Assembly (NCBI GenBank): GCA_002254285.1
Contig: NIUZ01000002.1
Location: 1 to 57,598, forward strand
Reading direction: 5' to 3'
Origin: Bacteroidetes bacterium 4572_112
Lineage (GTDB): Bacteria > Bacteroidota > Bacteroidia > Bacteroidales > UBA1556
Length of the DNA: 57,598 nt
Positions 8,242 to 18,078 of the stretch are shown piece by piece. Numbering within the stretch: the first letter of the stretch is position 1; every line of letters starts with the position of its first letter. The position numbers and the translations under genes were made by a program. Below the pieces are notes generated by a model, which saw only the letters and a list, made by a program, of their open reading frames with translations, did not search any database and was not told the origin of the DNA.

Positions 8242-9852
8242 ATGAGAAACAATAAATTAGTTGCCGTTATTATATTATTTACTGTTATGCTTTGGTCGTG
8301 CAGTAATGATAAGCCTCAGGAGCTAAATCATATTCCTGAAAATGCTACATTTGTTTTTACGCTGAATCCTAGTCAGCTATTACAAAAGAGTGGTAATAAA
8401 TCCATTACTGATACAGAGTTTTATAAAAACATTAGCGTATTCGATAGTGTTGATATGGACGCTGATGATTATGCGAAATTAATGGAGTTTTCATACATTT
8501 TTGATGATCCTAAGCAAAGTGGTGTAGATTTCTCTAAGCAGTTTTTTGCTTATGGAATGGCTAATAAAAATGGTTGGTATACCTCAATGGCTGTTAATTT
8601 TGGAATAGCAGACGCAAGTAAGTTTGAAATAATGCTTACTAAAGCCACAAAAGATAATATGGACTCACTACGCTTTGATGTAAAAGAGGGTGTTAACTAT
8701 ATGATATCTACCAAGGTGAATAATAGTTCAATTATTGCCTGGAATAATGAAACTGCTGTAATTTTTAATGTTACAAAAGGAAAAAAGGAAGATAAATATT
8801 TAATAAATAGAGTTTCCGAACTTATTAATCAGACCGAAGAAGGTTCAATTGCAACTAATAAATCGTTTGTCGATTTTTATGAAAACAAGAAAGATATTAG
8901 TGTATGGCTCAATAGCGACTTTATTCTTAATAGAATACCTCAGGAGTATAAAACAATAGTAATGATGCAGTTGCCAGTAAATACTAAAGGCATTGAGTAC
9001 AGACATTATATTAGTTTTGAGAATGGTTTTGCTGAGGCTACTTCTGAATTAATATTACCTGATGAGCTGAAATCACTAATTGAGAAATTCCACATTGTAA
9101 AAGAGGATTTTGATACAGATATATTAAAATACCTTCCGAATAAAAGCTTTATTAATTTTTCATCAGCAATTGATGCTCATGAGTTTTATCGTATGATAAA
9201 GTATCTATATAATGAGCGTCAGGTAAATGTTGATGGAATGGAAAGTATGGCCGAAGCTTCTTTGGATGTGGATATTGAAAAAATATTCAGATCCATTAAT
9301 GGCGAAGTGGTTTTCAATATTCATGGTATTAGCCTTGATACTGGTGCCGACACTATCGAAAACAGCTGTGGAAACCCTGTGGAATTTAAAGCTTCATTCA
9401 TAGTAAAGCTAGATAATGACGAAGTATATCAGGCAGTACTTAAGGTGTTTAATGATAATAAATCGGAAATGGTTGATGGTTATTATATAATACATGACGA
9501 AGGCAATCCACTATTTATTTCTATGGTTGATAATGTAATGATGATGACTAATGATAATGCATTAATTAGTGATTTTGTTAAAAAGAAAGCACAATCACCA
9601 TCATTAAAAGACTCTGAAATTGCAAAATATCTTAATAATTATGCAATGATTGGAAGAGTGAATTTAGATTTTTCATCATACGATAATAATATACAAGAGT
9701 ATTATGCTGATAAGTTTAGTAAAAAAGGTAAGAGTGAGCTATTTAATAAGTTAACAGAGCTTCGCTTAGAGCCAATAAACTCTTATAATACTAAAGTAAT
9801 TATGGAGTTTAAAGACAAAAAACGTAATAGTTTAGAAGTGATGTTTGACTAA
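8242..9852 (+). CDS. Lipoprotein of unknown function (tentatively DUF4836-like)
   Basis: ATG at 8242 gives MRNNKLVAVIILFTVMLWSC, a lipobox Cys. The TTG start at 8194 in the ORF track adds a non-signal extension. Confidence 0.7.
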   Translation: MRNNKLVAVIILFTVMLWSCSNDKPQELNHIPENATFVFTLNPSQLLQKSGNKSITDTEFYKNISVFDSVDMDADDYAKLMEFSYIFDDPKQSGVDFSKQFFAYGMANKNGWYTSMAVNFGIADASKFEIMLTKATKDNMDSLRFDVKEGVNYMISTKVNNSSIIAWNNETAVIFNVTKGKKEDKYLINRVSELINQTEEGSIATNKSFVDFYENKKDISVWLNSDFILNRIPQEYKTIVMMQLPVNTKGIEYRHYISFENGFAEATSELILPDELKSLIEKFHIVKEDFDTDILKYLPNKSFINFSSAIDAHEFYRMIKYLYNERQVNVDGMESMAEASLDVDIEKIFRSINGEVVFNIHGISLDTGADTIENSCGNPVEFKASFIVKLDNDEVYQAVLKVFNDNKSEMVDGYYIIHDEGNPLFISMVDNVMMMTNDNALISDFVKKKAQSPSLKDSEIAKYLNNYAMIGRVNLDFSSYDNNIQEYYADKFSKKGKSELFNKLTELRLEPINSYNTKVIMEFKDKKRNSLEVMFD

Positions 9853-9860
9853 GAAGATAT

Positions 9861-10601
9861 CTACTTACAAATAACAATATACAAGCAGTTGACTTTAGAG
9901 TCGGCTGCTTTTTTTAGTTCGTGATATGTTGTGTTCTCGTCAATGGTATTGCTGCTAAGTAATAATGCATCATTTAACTTAGCTTCGGTTTTAAAGTTGA
10001 TATCTATGCTAAAAAATGTCTTCAATTTTTGAAATTCCTCACCATAATAATCCATCAATAGCTGAATGTATTTTGTGTTATTCATATGGCCAATCATATC
10101 CAAATCAGTATAGCGTACCTTATATTCATAAGGATTATTGTCATCAAATTTGCTTCGTATATTGCTAATTGGTGAGGTGGTTGCTACTTTATTTGGGTAC
10201 ATTTCCACAGGAAATTCCATGCGCTCAACTAGCTGAGGACGGCGGGTTGCTGTATTAAATAGTATCCAATTTGTACTAGCCTTTATAATTAGATTTCCCT
10301 TACTATCGTACCATTCAAAATCACGACGCGATAGGAATTTATCGTTCCCAACAATCCATGTTTCAATACGCATTTCTTCCTCCCAAATAGGAAATCTTTC
10401 AACCTCTATTTTTATTCCAGAAAGTATCCACACCATATCTTGGAGAACAAGTTGTCGGTAACCAAAGCCCATGCTATTTGCATGATCACCAGCTACTTCT
10501 TGCAAATATTCGCTTATGCTTGTGAGTGTGATATTTTTATTTTTGTCAACATCAAAAGAGCGTACTTTGAATTTATATTCCCAAATATTATTGTTTTCCA
10601 T
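9861..10601 (-). CDS. Acyl-ACP thioesterase family protein
   Basis: 246 aa with a double hot-dog layout. The N-terminus (YKFKVRSFDVD.N..ITL.SI..YLQE.A..HA) is typical of FatA/B-like bacterial thioesterases. Confidence 0.85.
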   Translation of the reverse strand: MENNNIWEYKFKVRSFDVDKNKNITLTSISEYLQEVAGDHANSMGFGYRQLVLQDMVWILSGIKIEVERFPIWEEEMRIETWIVGNDKFLSRRDFEWYDSKGNLIIKASTNWILFNTATRRPQLVERMEFPVEMYPNKVATTSPISNIRSKFDDNNPYEYKVRYTDLDMIGHMNNTKYIQLLMDYYGEEFQKLKTFFSIDINFKTEAKLNDALLLSSNTIDENTTYHELKKAADSKVNCLYIVICK

Positions 10602-10617
10602 TTTTGTGATTTAAGGT

Positions 10618-10655
10618 AAAAAACTCGATAGGTTTATATCCGTATCGAGTTTTTT
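10618..10655 (-). terminator. Terminator downstream of ssb (symmetric A-run/T-run)
   Basis: 8-bp stem actcgata/tatcgagt with a 12-nt loop, flanked by A6 and T5. Confidence 0.7.
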
Positions 10656-10685
10656 AGTGAGTTTATTAAATTCTATAATTGTTAT

Positions 10686-11162
10686 TTAGAAAGGAAGATC
10701 GTCCTCTGGTGCACTTGTAGTTGCAGCAATTTGAGGTTCAGGAGTTGTAGCATTTGATGTTGCAGCCGCTGTAGCTTGAGGTTGTGCAGGAGCATCAGAT
10801 ACACCTGGTGTAGGAGGATAATTTCCACCACCTTCAGACTTATCTAAAAGTAAGGTCTTATCACCAACAATCTCGGTTGTATATCTTGTTATATTATCTT
10901 TATCAGTCCATGAGCGAGTTTTTAAACTTCCTTCAACATAAACTTTGCTACCTTTTTTCATTCTCTCAGCTTTCTCAGCCAGCCAACGCCAAAGTACAAC
11001 TCTATGCCATTCTGTTTGCTCTTGCCAAGCACCTGCTTTGTCTTTATACGACTCAGTAGTTGCTATGCTTAGTGTAGCTACTTTTGTTCCATTCTCTAAA
11101 GCTCTAACCTCAGGGTCAGCGCCTAAATTTCCTACTAAAATTACTTTATTAATTCCTGCCAT
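10686..11162 (-). CDS. ssb: Single-stranded DNA-binding protein
   Basis: [20 protein letters not shown]-fold, a Pro/Ala/Thr-rich linker, and the acidic tail EDDLPF. Confidence 0.95.
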   Translation of the reverse strand: MAGINKVILVGNLGADPEVRALENGTKVATLSIATTESYKDKAGAWQEQTEWHRVVLWRWLAEKAERMKKGSKVYVEGSLKTRSWTDKDNITRYTTEIVGDKTLLLDKSEGGGNYPPTPGVSDAPAQPQATAAATSNATTPEPQIAATTSAPEDDLPF

Positions 11163-11257
11163 TATATTGTGTTTTTATTGTTTACAGATTTGAGTTTCCA
11201 AAGATAGTAAAAATTCATATTTTTTGCAAAGAAAAATAATGCCTATTTATCAAAATA

Positions 11258-14200
11258 TTATAGATTTTTCAGCCAAGTATTAATTTTCAGTAACTTTTCT
11301 AAAGCTCGTGATACAGAGATTGTTTGCCCAAAGTTTAGCGTTAGCTTCTCCTTATTCTCTTTCATGCTTACATCACTAGGCCTATGCTGCATATAGTTTA
11401 ATATTCCAGAGAATATTTTGCTCGAATAGTATTCCGAATCTTGTTGATAAACAAGCCAAGCTACCATCTTATTGTTTTTAATTATAAGCTTTTCTATTCC
11501 CAGATTTTTGGCCTCCCATCGTAATCGCAAACTATCGGTTAGTTGCTCTACTTCCACTGGTATTTTACCAAATCGGTCCACCAACTCAAGATTAAATTTA
11601 TCAATTTCTTCTTCAGTTTTACATGCTTCTAATTTTTTATAAAAGGCAAGTCTTTCTGCTGTTTGGTCTATATATGTATCAGGAATAAGAATCTGAAGGT
11701 CAGACTCAAACCTTGTATTCTTGACAAAAGTTTTCTTCTTCTTTTTGTTTTCTTCAAAAAACACATCAGCAAATTCATTCTCTTTTAGCTCCGCAATGGT
11801 CTCATCCATAATCTGATGGAACATTTCGAAACCAATTTCCGAAATAAATCCACTTTGCTCACCACCAAGTATATTTCCTGCACCACGGATATCAAGATCG
11901 CGCATGGCAATATTAAATCCTGAGCCCAAATCCGAAAATTCCTCAATGGCTTGTAATCTTTTGCGTGCCTCTTGAGTTAATGCTGATAATGGTGGTGCTA
12001 AAAGATAGCAGAATGCTTTTTTATTTGTTCTACCTACTCGCCCACGAAGCTGATGTAGGTCGCTAAGTCCATAGTTTTGAGCATCGTAAATTATCATTGT
12101 GTTGGCATTCGGAATATCAAGTCCCGATTCTACAATGGTGGTTGCCACTAGTACATCATAATCACCAGCAACAAAATCAAGCATGGTTTTCTCTAATTTT
12201 TTTCCTTCCATCTGCCCATGTCCCACACAAACTCTAGCATGAGGCACAAGTTTCTCTATCATCAGAGCTATTTCGTAAATGTTTTTTATACGATTATTAA
12301 TAATATAAACCTGTCCACGCCTAGCTATTTCATACTGAATTGCCTCACGAATTACATCCTCATTTATTGGCTGTAACATGGTTTGTACAGGATACCTATT
12401 TGGTGGCGGAGTGTTTATAATACTCATATCACGGGCACCCATTAGCGAAAACTGTAATGTTCGTGGTATTGGTGTAGCAGTAAGAGTTAGAGTATCAATA
12501 TTTAGCTTAATATTTTTTAGTTTTTCCTTAATTGCAACACCAAATTTCTGCTCTTCGTCAATAATTAACAAGCCTAAATCCTTAAATTTTATATCCTTAC
12601 TAACAATCCTATGTGTGCCAATTAGAATATCAACTTTTCCTTCGGCCAGATCCTCAAGAGTTTTGCGCTGTTGCTGTGCCGAGCGGAATCTATTTATATA
12701 ATCAACTCTCACAGGCATATCTTTAAGCCTATTTCGGAAAGTATGATAATGCTGTAACGCAAGCACTGTGGTAGGAACTAATATTGCAACTTGCTTGCTA
12801 TCTGCAGCAGCTTTGAAGGCTGCACGTATAGCAATTTCAGTTTTGCCAAAGCCCACATCACCACATATAAGCCTATCCATAGGAGTATCGCTTTCCATAT
12901 CTTTTTTGAAATCGATAGTTGCTTTTACTTGATCGGGAGTGTCTTCAAAAAAGAAACTTGCCTCTAGCTCTGTTTGCAGAAAAGAATCTAATTCAAAAGC
13001 ATAACCCTTAATGGCTTTTCGCTTTGCATAAAGACTAATGAGCTCCTTTGCAATATCCTTAACTCTACTTTTGGTTTTAGCTTTTAGTTTTGCCCATGCT
13101 CGCGATCCTAATTTACTAAGTTTAGGTGCTATTCCGTCTTTACTTACATATTTTGATACCCTATGCAAAGCATGTATACTTACATAAATAAGGTCGTTAT
13201 TCTGAAAATGTAATCGTATAGCTTCCTGTACTTTACCGTTATTATTTATCTTTTCAAGACCTCCAAATTTTGCAATTCCATGGTCAACATGAGTAACAAT
13301 ATCTCCAGGTTGTAGATTGTATATTTCTTTTAAGGTAATAGCCTCTTTATTGCTAAATCGTTCCTTTAGTTTAAAGCGATGATACCTTTCAAAAATTTGA
13401 TGATCGGTATAGCAAGCAACTCCTGCTCTTTTGTCAATAAATCCATTTTGCAAGCTTAGTAGAATTGGTTGCCATTTTATTGCAATAGGCTCGTCTTCAT
13501 CAGCCGATATGTCCTCAAAAATTTGACTTACTCGCTTTATCTGATTATCTTGATCAGCAATTATGAAGTTGCTAATTCCCTCAGCACTATTCTCTTGCAG
13601 GTTTTCAATAAGTAAATCAAATTTCTTATTGAAAGGTGGCTGTGGGCGCATATCGTATTCAAATCCCTTATAATCATCAAAATGACTATAATCCGATATT
13701 TCAATGGTAATATGCTTTTGTAATCCTTGACTAAATACCTCAGAATTTACAAATAACTCTTGAGGTTCCAATTGCTTGACTTCACCATTGAACTCATGGA
13801 ATAATTTCTCTGCTTTAAGAAAAGATTTATCTATTATATCGAAAACAAACTTAAAATTTGTTGTCCAAATTCTAGTATTTGGAGGTAAGAACGAAAATAT
13901 ATCACTTCTTTTCTCTACAATACTTCTATCTTGTACGTTTGGAAGTATTGATATTTTATTATGGTTTTCTAATGATCGTTGATTAGTAGTATCAAAGCTA
14001 CGAATGCTCTCTACCTCGTCACCAAAAAACTCTATTCTGTAAGGAAAATCATTGGAGAAAGAAAATATATCGATTATGCCACCTCTAAAGGCAAATTGCC
14101 CAGGCTCAACCACAAAATCCACTTGCTCAAAACCATATTCTTGTAATAACTCTATAATAAAATCGAAGCTAAGTTCCTCACCAACACTCATTTTCATTGT

Positions 14201-14644
14201 GTTTTTGGCGATATATGCTTTTGAGATTATTTTCTCGCTCATTGCCTCGGGAAAGCTTACAATAAATAAGTTTTTACTACCGCTACCTATTCTTTTTATA
14301 ACTTCGGTACGGTGCAAAAGATTATTATTATCGGTATGCTCAAGGTCGTAAGCTTTCTTATATGCAGTAGGAAAAAAAAGAACTTTCTTTTTATCAAGAC
14401 GCTTGCCACTTTCGCCCATAAGCTGCTCAAGGTCGTTCATAAAATAAGCGGCAGACTCTTTATCTGGGAGGATAAAAAGAGAAATTCCTGGCTGTTTTTT
14501 ATGAAGATTATAAGCTAATATAGAGCTCGATGAGCCAATCATTCCACGAAGAAGATTATGTGGAGTTTTACTAGCAATGGAGTCAAAAAAGTTAGTACTT
14601 TCGATATCTTCAGCAAATAAATCCGTGAAATCAGCGATTTTCAT
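11258..14644 (-). CDS. mfd: Transcription-repair coupling factor
   Basis: 1128 aa. UvrB-homology N-terminus, CarD/RID region, SF2 motifs (GDVGFGKTE, DEEQKFG, RGRVGR) and a TRG/D7 C-terminus. Confidence 0.97.
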   Translation of the reverse strand: MKIADFTDLFAEDIESTNFFDSIASKTPHNLLRGMIGSSSSILAYNLHKKQPGISLFILPDKESAAYFMNDLEQLMGESGKRLDKKKVLFFPTAYKKAYDLEHTDNNNLLHRTEVIKRIGSGSKNLFIVSFPEAMSEKIISKAYIAKNTMKMSVGEELSFDFIIELLQEYGFEQVDFVVEPGQFAFRGGIIDIFSFSNDFPYRIEFFGDEVESIRSFDTTNQRSLENHNKISILPNVQDRSIVEKRSDIFSFLPPNTRIWTTNFKFVFDIIDKSFLKAEKLFHEFNGEVKQLEPQELFVNSEVFSQGLQKHITIEISDYSHFDDYKGFEYDMRPQPPFNKKFDLLIENLQENSAEGISNFIIADQDNQIKRVSQIFEDISADEDEPIAIKWQPILLSLQNGFIDKRAGVACYTDHQIFERYHRFKLKERFSNKEAITLKEIYNLQPGDIVTHVDHGIAKFGGLEKINNNGKVQEAIRLHFQNNDLIYVSIHALHRVSKYVSKDGIAPKLSKLGSRAWAKLKAKTKSRVKDIAKELISLYAKRKAIKGYAFELDSFLQTELEASFFFEDTPDQVKATIDFKKDMESDTPMDRLICGDVGFGKTEIAIRAAFKAAADSKQVAILVPTTVLALQHYHTFRNRLKDMPVRVDYINRFRSAQQQRKTLEDLAEGKVDILIGTHRIVSKDIKFKDLGLLIIDEEQKFGVAIKEKLKNIKLNIDTLTLTATPIPRTLQFSLMGARDMSIINTPPPNRYPVQTMLQPINEDVIREAIQYEIARRGQVYIINNRIKNIYEIALMIEKLVPHARVCVGHGQMEGKKLEKTMLDFVAGDYDVLVATTIVESGLDIPNANTMIIYDAQNYGLSDLHQLRGRVGRTNKKAFCYLLAPPLSALTQEARKRLQAIEEFSDLGSGFNIAMRDLDIRGAGNILGGEQSGFISEIGFEMFHQIMDETIAELKENEFADVFFEENKKKKKTFVKNTRFESDLQILIPDTYIDQTAERLAFYKKLEACKTEEEIDKFNLELVDRFGKIPVEVEQLTDSLRLRWEAKNLGIEKLIIKNNKMVAWLVYQQDSEYYSSKIFSGILNYMQHRPSDVSMKENKEKLTLNFGQTISVSRALEKLLKINTWLKNL

Positions 14645-14683
14645 AATTATAAAATGGTAATAATTAGTGTATTATAATTTAAA

Positions 14684-15610
14684 TTAATATCCTTCGTTCA
14701 TTTCTTTACCATCAAGCATATTTAAGTAGTTTAAATATCTATCGGCAGAAATATAGCCTAATTCAACAGCGTCTTTAACAGCACATTGAGGCTCATGCAC
14801 ATGAGTGCAATTATTGTATTTACATTCGTTGGCTATTACTATCATTTCTGGAAAATAAGAACAAAGCTCCTCTTTCTTAAAATCGAATAAACCAAATTCC
14901 TTTATTCCTGGGCTATCAATTATCCTTGCTCCAAAATCTAAAGTATGCATTTGAGCATAGGTGGTTGTATGTTTTCCTTTATTATGAATATCAGATATTT
15001 CGCCAATACGAATATCTTTAGAAGGGTCGATAGCATTTATCAGTGCTGACTTTCCAACGCCCGAATGACCTGAAACTAAACAAGTTTTGTCACCCATAAC
15101 ACCACGAAGAGTTTCAAGACCTTCGCTAGTTTTTGCCGAGGTTTTATAGCATTTATACCCAATACTTTCGTATTGATTCATAAGATTCTGAACTTCGGTA
15201 TTCTCCTTTTCAGTATATAAATCTATTTTGTTGAAAATTAAATGAGCCTTAATATGATAAGCTTCGCAAGTAATTAAGAATCTATCGATAAATCCAGTAC
15301 TTGTGCGTGGGTGATTTAATGTGATTATTAATAAAGCTAAATCAATATTAGAAGCAATAATATGTGATCTTTTGGATAGATTTACAGATTTACGAATAAT
15401 GTAATTTTTGCGTTCATGGATTTTTGTTATCCATCCCATTTCCGCTTTTTCTTCCCATTTAAAATCTACAATATCTCCAACCGCAATTGGGTTTGTGGAT
15501 TTTATTCCTTTAATTTTGAAGTGTCCACGGAGTTTACAACGATACAAAATCTTATCTTCGGCCTCTACCTTATACCAACTTCCTGTGGATTCTACTACTA
15601 TACCTTTCAT
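14684..15610 (-). CDS. rsgA: Ribosome small-subunit-dependent GTPase A
   Basis: OB domain, circularly permuted GTPase (NKIDL ... GHSGVGKSALIN) and a C-terminal zinc knuckle C.YNNCTH..EP.C. Confidence 0.93.
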   Translation of the reverse strand: MKGIVVESTGSWYKVEAEDKILYRCKLRGHFKIKGIKSTNPIAVGDIVDFKWEEKAEMGWITKIHERKNYIIRKSVNLSKRSHIIASNIDLALLIITLNHPRTSTGFIDRFLITCEAYHIKAHLIFNKIDLYTEKENTEVQNLMNQYESIGYKCYKTSAKTSEGLETLRGVMGDKTCLVSGHSGVGKSALINAIDPSKDIRIGEISDIHNKGKHTTTYAQMHTLDFGARIIDSPGIKEFGLFDFKKEELCSYFPEMIVIANECKYNNCTHVHEPQCAVKDAVELGYISADRYLNYLNMLDGKEMNEGY

Positions 15611-15614
15611 AATT

Positions 15615-17384
15615 CTAATGTTCTGAAATTCGTATATCTTTAATCATAAACTGAAGGCTAACCCTTTCTTTCCACACATTTTCGTTTATGGAATAGGCTA
15701 CTTCAAAAGGTAATTTTGTATTAATAACGGAATATTTATCTGCCAATCCAAAGCCAATTCCATTGAATGAAGTCATTCTGTTTTCAGGATAGCAAACCTG
15801 CATTTTTAAATGGTTTTTACCCACAACACGAGCATAACCTGTATCCACAAGTCCATCAGAAATAAATACTGGCGACATATTGCCTGGTCCGAAAGGAGCA
15901 AATTGCTTTAGTACATTATAAAACTTATCAGTAATATCGTCGATACTTAAGTAAGAGTCAATTGTAATTTCGGGGCGTAGTGAAAGCAATGAAATGTTTT
16001 CGCTAACATATTTTTCGAAAAGACGAACAAATTCGTCAATATTTTCTTCTTTTAAAGATAGACCAGCAGCATACATATGACCACCAAAACTATCCAATAA
16101 ATGATTGCATGAATCTATGGCTTCATACACATCAAATCCTTTTACTGAGCGTGCCGAGCCTGTATAAATACCATCAACTAAGGCAAGTACAATTGTGGGG
16201 CGATAGTAGGTTTCGGTAAGGCGAGATGCTACAATTCCCAATACACCCTTATGCCAAGTCTCGTGATATACAACTGTAGATTTGGCGTTTTTAAGTGTTT
16301 CGTTATTGGCAATAATTTCCAAAGCTTGCTCAGTAGTACCAGTATCTAGCGTTCGTCTTTTGCTATTGTATTTATCAATGTTTTCAGCAATGTTTTTTGC
16401 CTTATCCATTCTTGTACAAATAAGAAGGTCTACTGATCTTTTGCCGGTATCCATTCTGCCAGCAGCATTTATTCTAGGAGCAATAGTGAAAACTATATCA
16501 CTAATACTCAACTCTCTATCAAAAACAAAACCTTCAGGAGATGTTTTTTTCTGTCGGTTTATATTGCTGTAATTAAGTATCCATTCTATTCCGGGGCGAG
16601 GATTAGTATTAAGTCTTTTCAGCCCAAAATGAGCAAGTACTCTATTCTCACCATCTACCTTTACAATATCCGCAGCAATGCTTATTGCCACAAGGTCTAA
16701 ATAAGGTTCTAATGTTGCAAACTTAATATTATTTTGTTGATTAAATCCTTGCAAAAGTTTAAAGCCAACACCGCAACCAGATAGTTCTTTATAGGGATAA
16801 TTACAATCTTTCTGCTTAGGATCCAAAACGGCAGCAGCATCAGGAACAATATCGCCAGGAGTATGATGATCGCAAATAATAAAATCAATATTTTTTGAAT
16901 TTGCATACTCAATCTTATCTACAGATTTTATTCCGCAATCCAAAGCAATTATAAGACTTTGCTTGTTATTTTCGGCATAATCAATCCCATCAAATGATAT
17001 TCCGTAACCTTCTTTATATCTGTCTGGAATATAAAAATCAATTTTTGAATTTAGATTATTATTGTCAAAATAGTTTTTGAAATATGAATAAACAAGGGCT
17101 ACAGAGGTTGTGCCATCTACATCATAATCACCATAAATAAGGATATTTTGCTCATTGGCAATGGCGTAGTCAATTCTATCAATTGCTTTGTCCATATTGA
17201 GCATCAGAAAAGGATCATGAAGGCTGTCCAAACTTGGACGGAAGAATTTTTTAGCTTCTTCATAATTATCTATTCCTCTACCAACAAGTAATTTTGCTAA
17301 TACTTTATTGATATTTAACGATTTAGATAATTTATCTACAATTTCGCTATCAACCTCTTCATTTAATGTCCATCTTTTCTCCAT
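15615..17384 (-). CDS. recJ: Single-stranded-DNA-specific exonuclease RecJ
   Basis: DHH motifs (GDYDVDGTTS, ICDHHTP) and DHHA1 (GGHMYAAG). ATG at 17384 (MEKRW). The ORF-track TTG start at 17393 adds 3 codons. Confidence 0.95.
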   Translation of the reverse strand: MEKRWTLNEEVDSEIVDKLSKSLNINKVLAKLLVGRGIDNYEEAKKFFRPSLDSLHDPFLMLNMDKAIDRIDYAIANEQNILIYGDYDVDGTTSVALVYSYFKNYFDNNNLNSKIDFYIPDRYKEGYGISFDGIDYAENNKQSLIIALDCGIKSVDKIEYANSKNIDFIICDHHTPGDIVPDAAAVLDPKQKDCNYPYKELSGCGVGFKLLQGFNQQNNIKFATLEPYLDLVAISIAADIVKVDGENRVLAHFGLKRLNTNPRPGIEWILNYSNINRQKKTSPEGFVFDRELSISDIVFTIAPRINAAGRMDTGKRSVDLLICTRMDKAKNIAENIDKYNSKRRTLDTGTTEQALEIIANNETLKNAKSTVVYHETWHKGVLGIVASRLTETYYRPTIVLALVDGIYTGSARSVKGFDVYEAIDSCNHLLDSFGGHMYAAGLSLKEENIDEFVRLFEKYVSENISLLSLRPEITIDSYLSIDDITDKFYNVLKQFAPFGPGNMSPVFISDGLVDTGYARVVGKNHLKMQVCYPENRMTSFNGIGFGLADKYSVINTKLPFEVAYSINENVWKERVSLQFMIKDIRISEH

Positions 17385-17540
17385 AGAAGGCAAATGTACG
17401 GATAATAGTGCTTATTATAATTGCAAAAGATGTGGTATTTTGAAATATGAATTATAGGCAAAGTAATACCCAATCTACTTATATTCTTATTTTCATTAAG
17501 TATAAGTAATAGAAGAATTTATAGTCTAATTTTGAATATT

Positions 17541-18014
17541 TTAGATGTGGTGGTAAGGCTCGTTTCTTAATATACTCATTGCTCTATAACATTGTTCGAA
17601 TAGTAGTAATCGAATCATTTGGTGTGAGAAAGTCATCTGCGAAAGAGCGATTTTTTGTTGTGCTCTAGAATATACATCATTACTAAATCCATAAGGTCCA
17701 CCAATTATTAAGCAAAGGCTTTTTATTCCGCTGTTCATTTTGTTTTGAAAGTATTTAGAAAAATCAACACTGGAAAATTCTCGGCCTTTTTCGTCAAGAA
17801 TTACTATGAAATCGGACTTTTCTAACTTCTGAAGAATTAGTTCGCCCTCTTTAATTTTCTGTTGCTCTATGCTTAGTTTCTTAGTGTTTTTAAGAGCTGG
17901 TATTTCTATTACATCTAGAGGTAAATAGTTTTTCAAACGTTTTTGGTATATATCTATACCATGTTTTAAATAGTCTTCTTCGGTTTTGCCAACTAAAATA
18001 ATTTTCAGTTTCAT
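17541..18014 (-). CDS. rlmH: 23S rRNA (pseudouridine1915-N3)-methyltransferase
   Basis: 157-aa SPOUT fold. IIGGPYGFS...SLS.MTFSHQM.R..L.EQ.YRA..I....PYHH. Confidence 0.93.
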   Translation of the reverse strand: MKLKIILVGKTEEDYLKHGIDIYQKRLKNYLPLDVIEIPALKNTKKLSIEQQKIKEGELILQKLEKSDFIVILDEKGREFSSVDFSKYFQNKMNSGIKSLCLIIGGPYGFSNDVYSRAQQKIALSQMTFSHQMIRLLLFEQCYRAMSILRNEPYHHI

Positions 18015-18078
18015 ATTGTTTTATTATGAAAAGTATATTGTTATTTAGATAAAATAATGTATTTATTAGATAGAAACA

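Noticed and set aside
12378-12701. Antisense or overlapping ORFs inside long genes. Examples: 12378..12701, 13776..13982, 14052..14351 and 14312..14518 in mfd. Also 16282..16572 in recJ; 18535..18838 and 19352..19711 in relA/spoT; 37979..38338 in the dehydrogenase; 41474..41803 in the hydro-lyase; 27640..27912 in dCMP deaminase; and 28631..29067 in LOG.
   Set aside because: These are shadow ORFs, fully embedded opposite or out of frame in genes with strong family signatures. Their translations are low-complexity with no motifs, and they have no independent start context.
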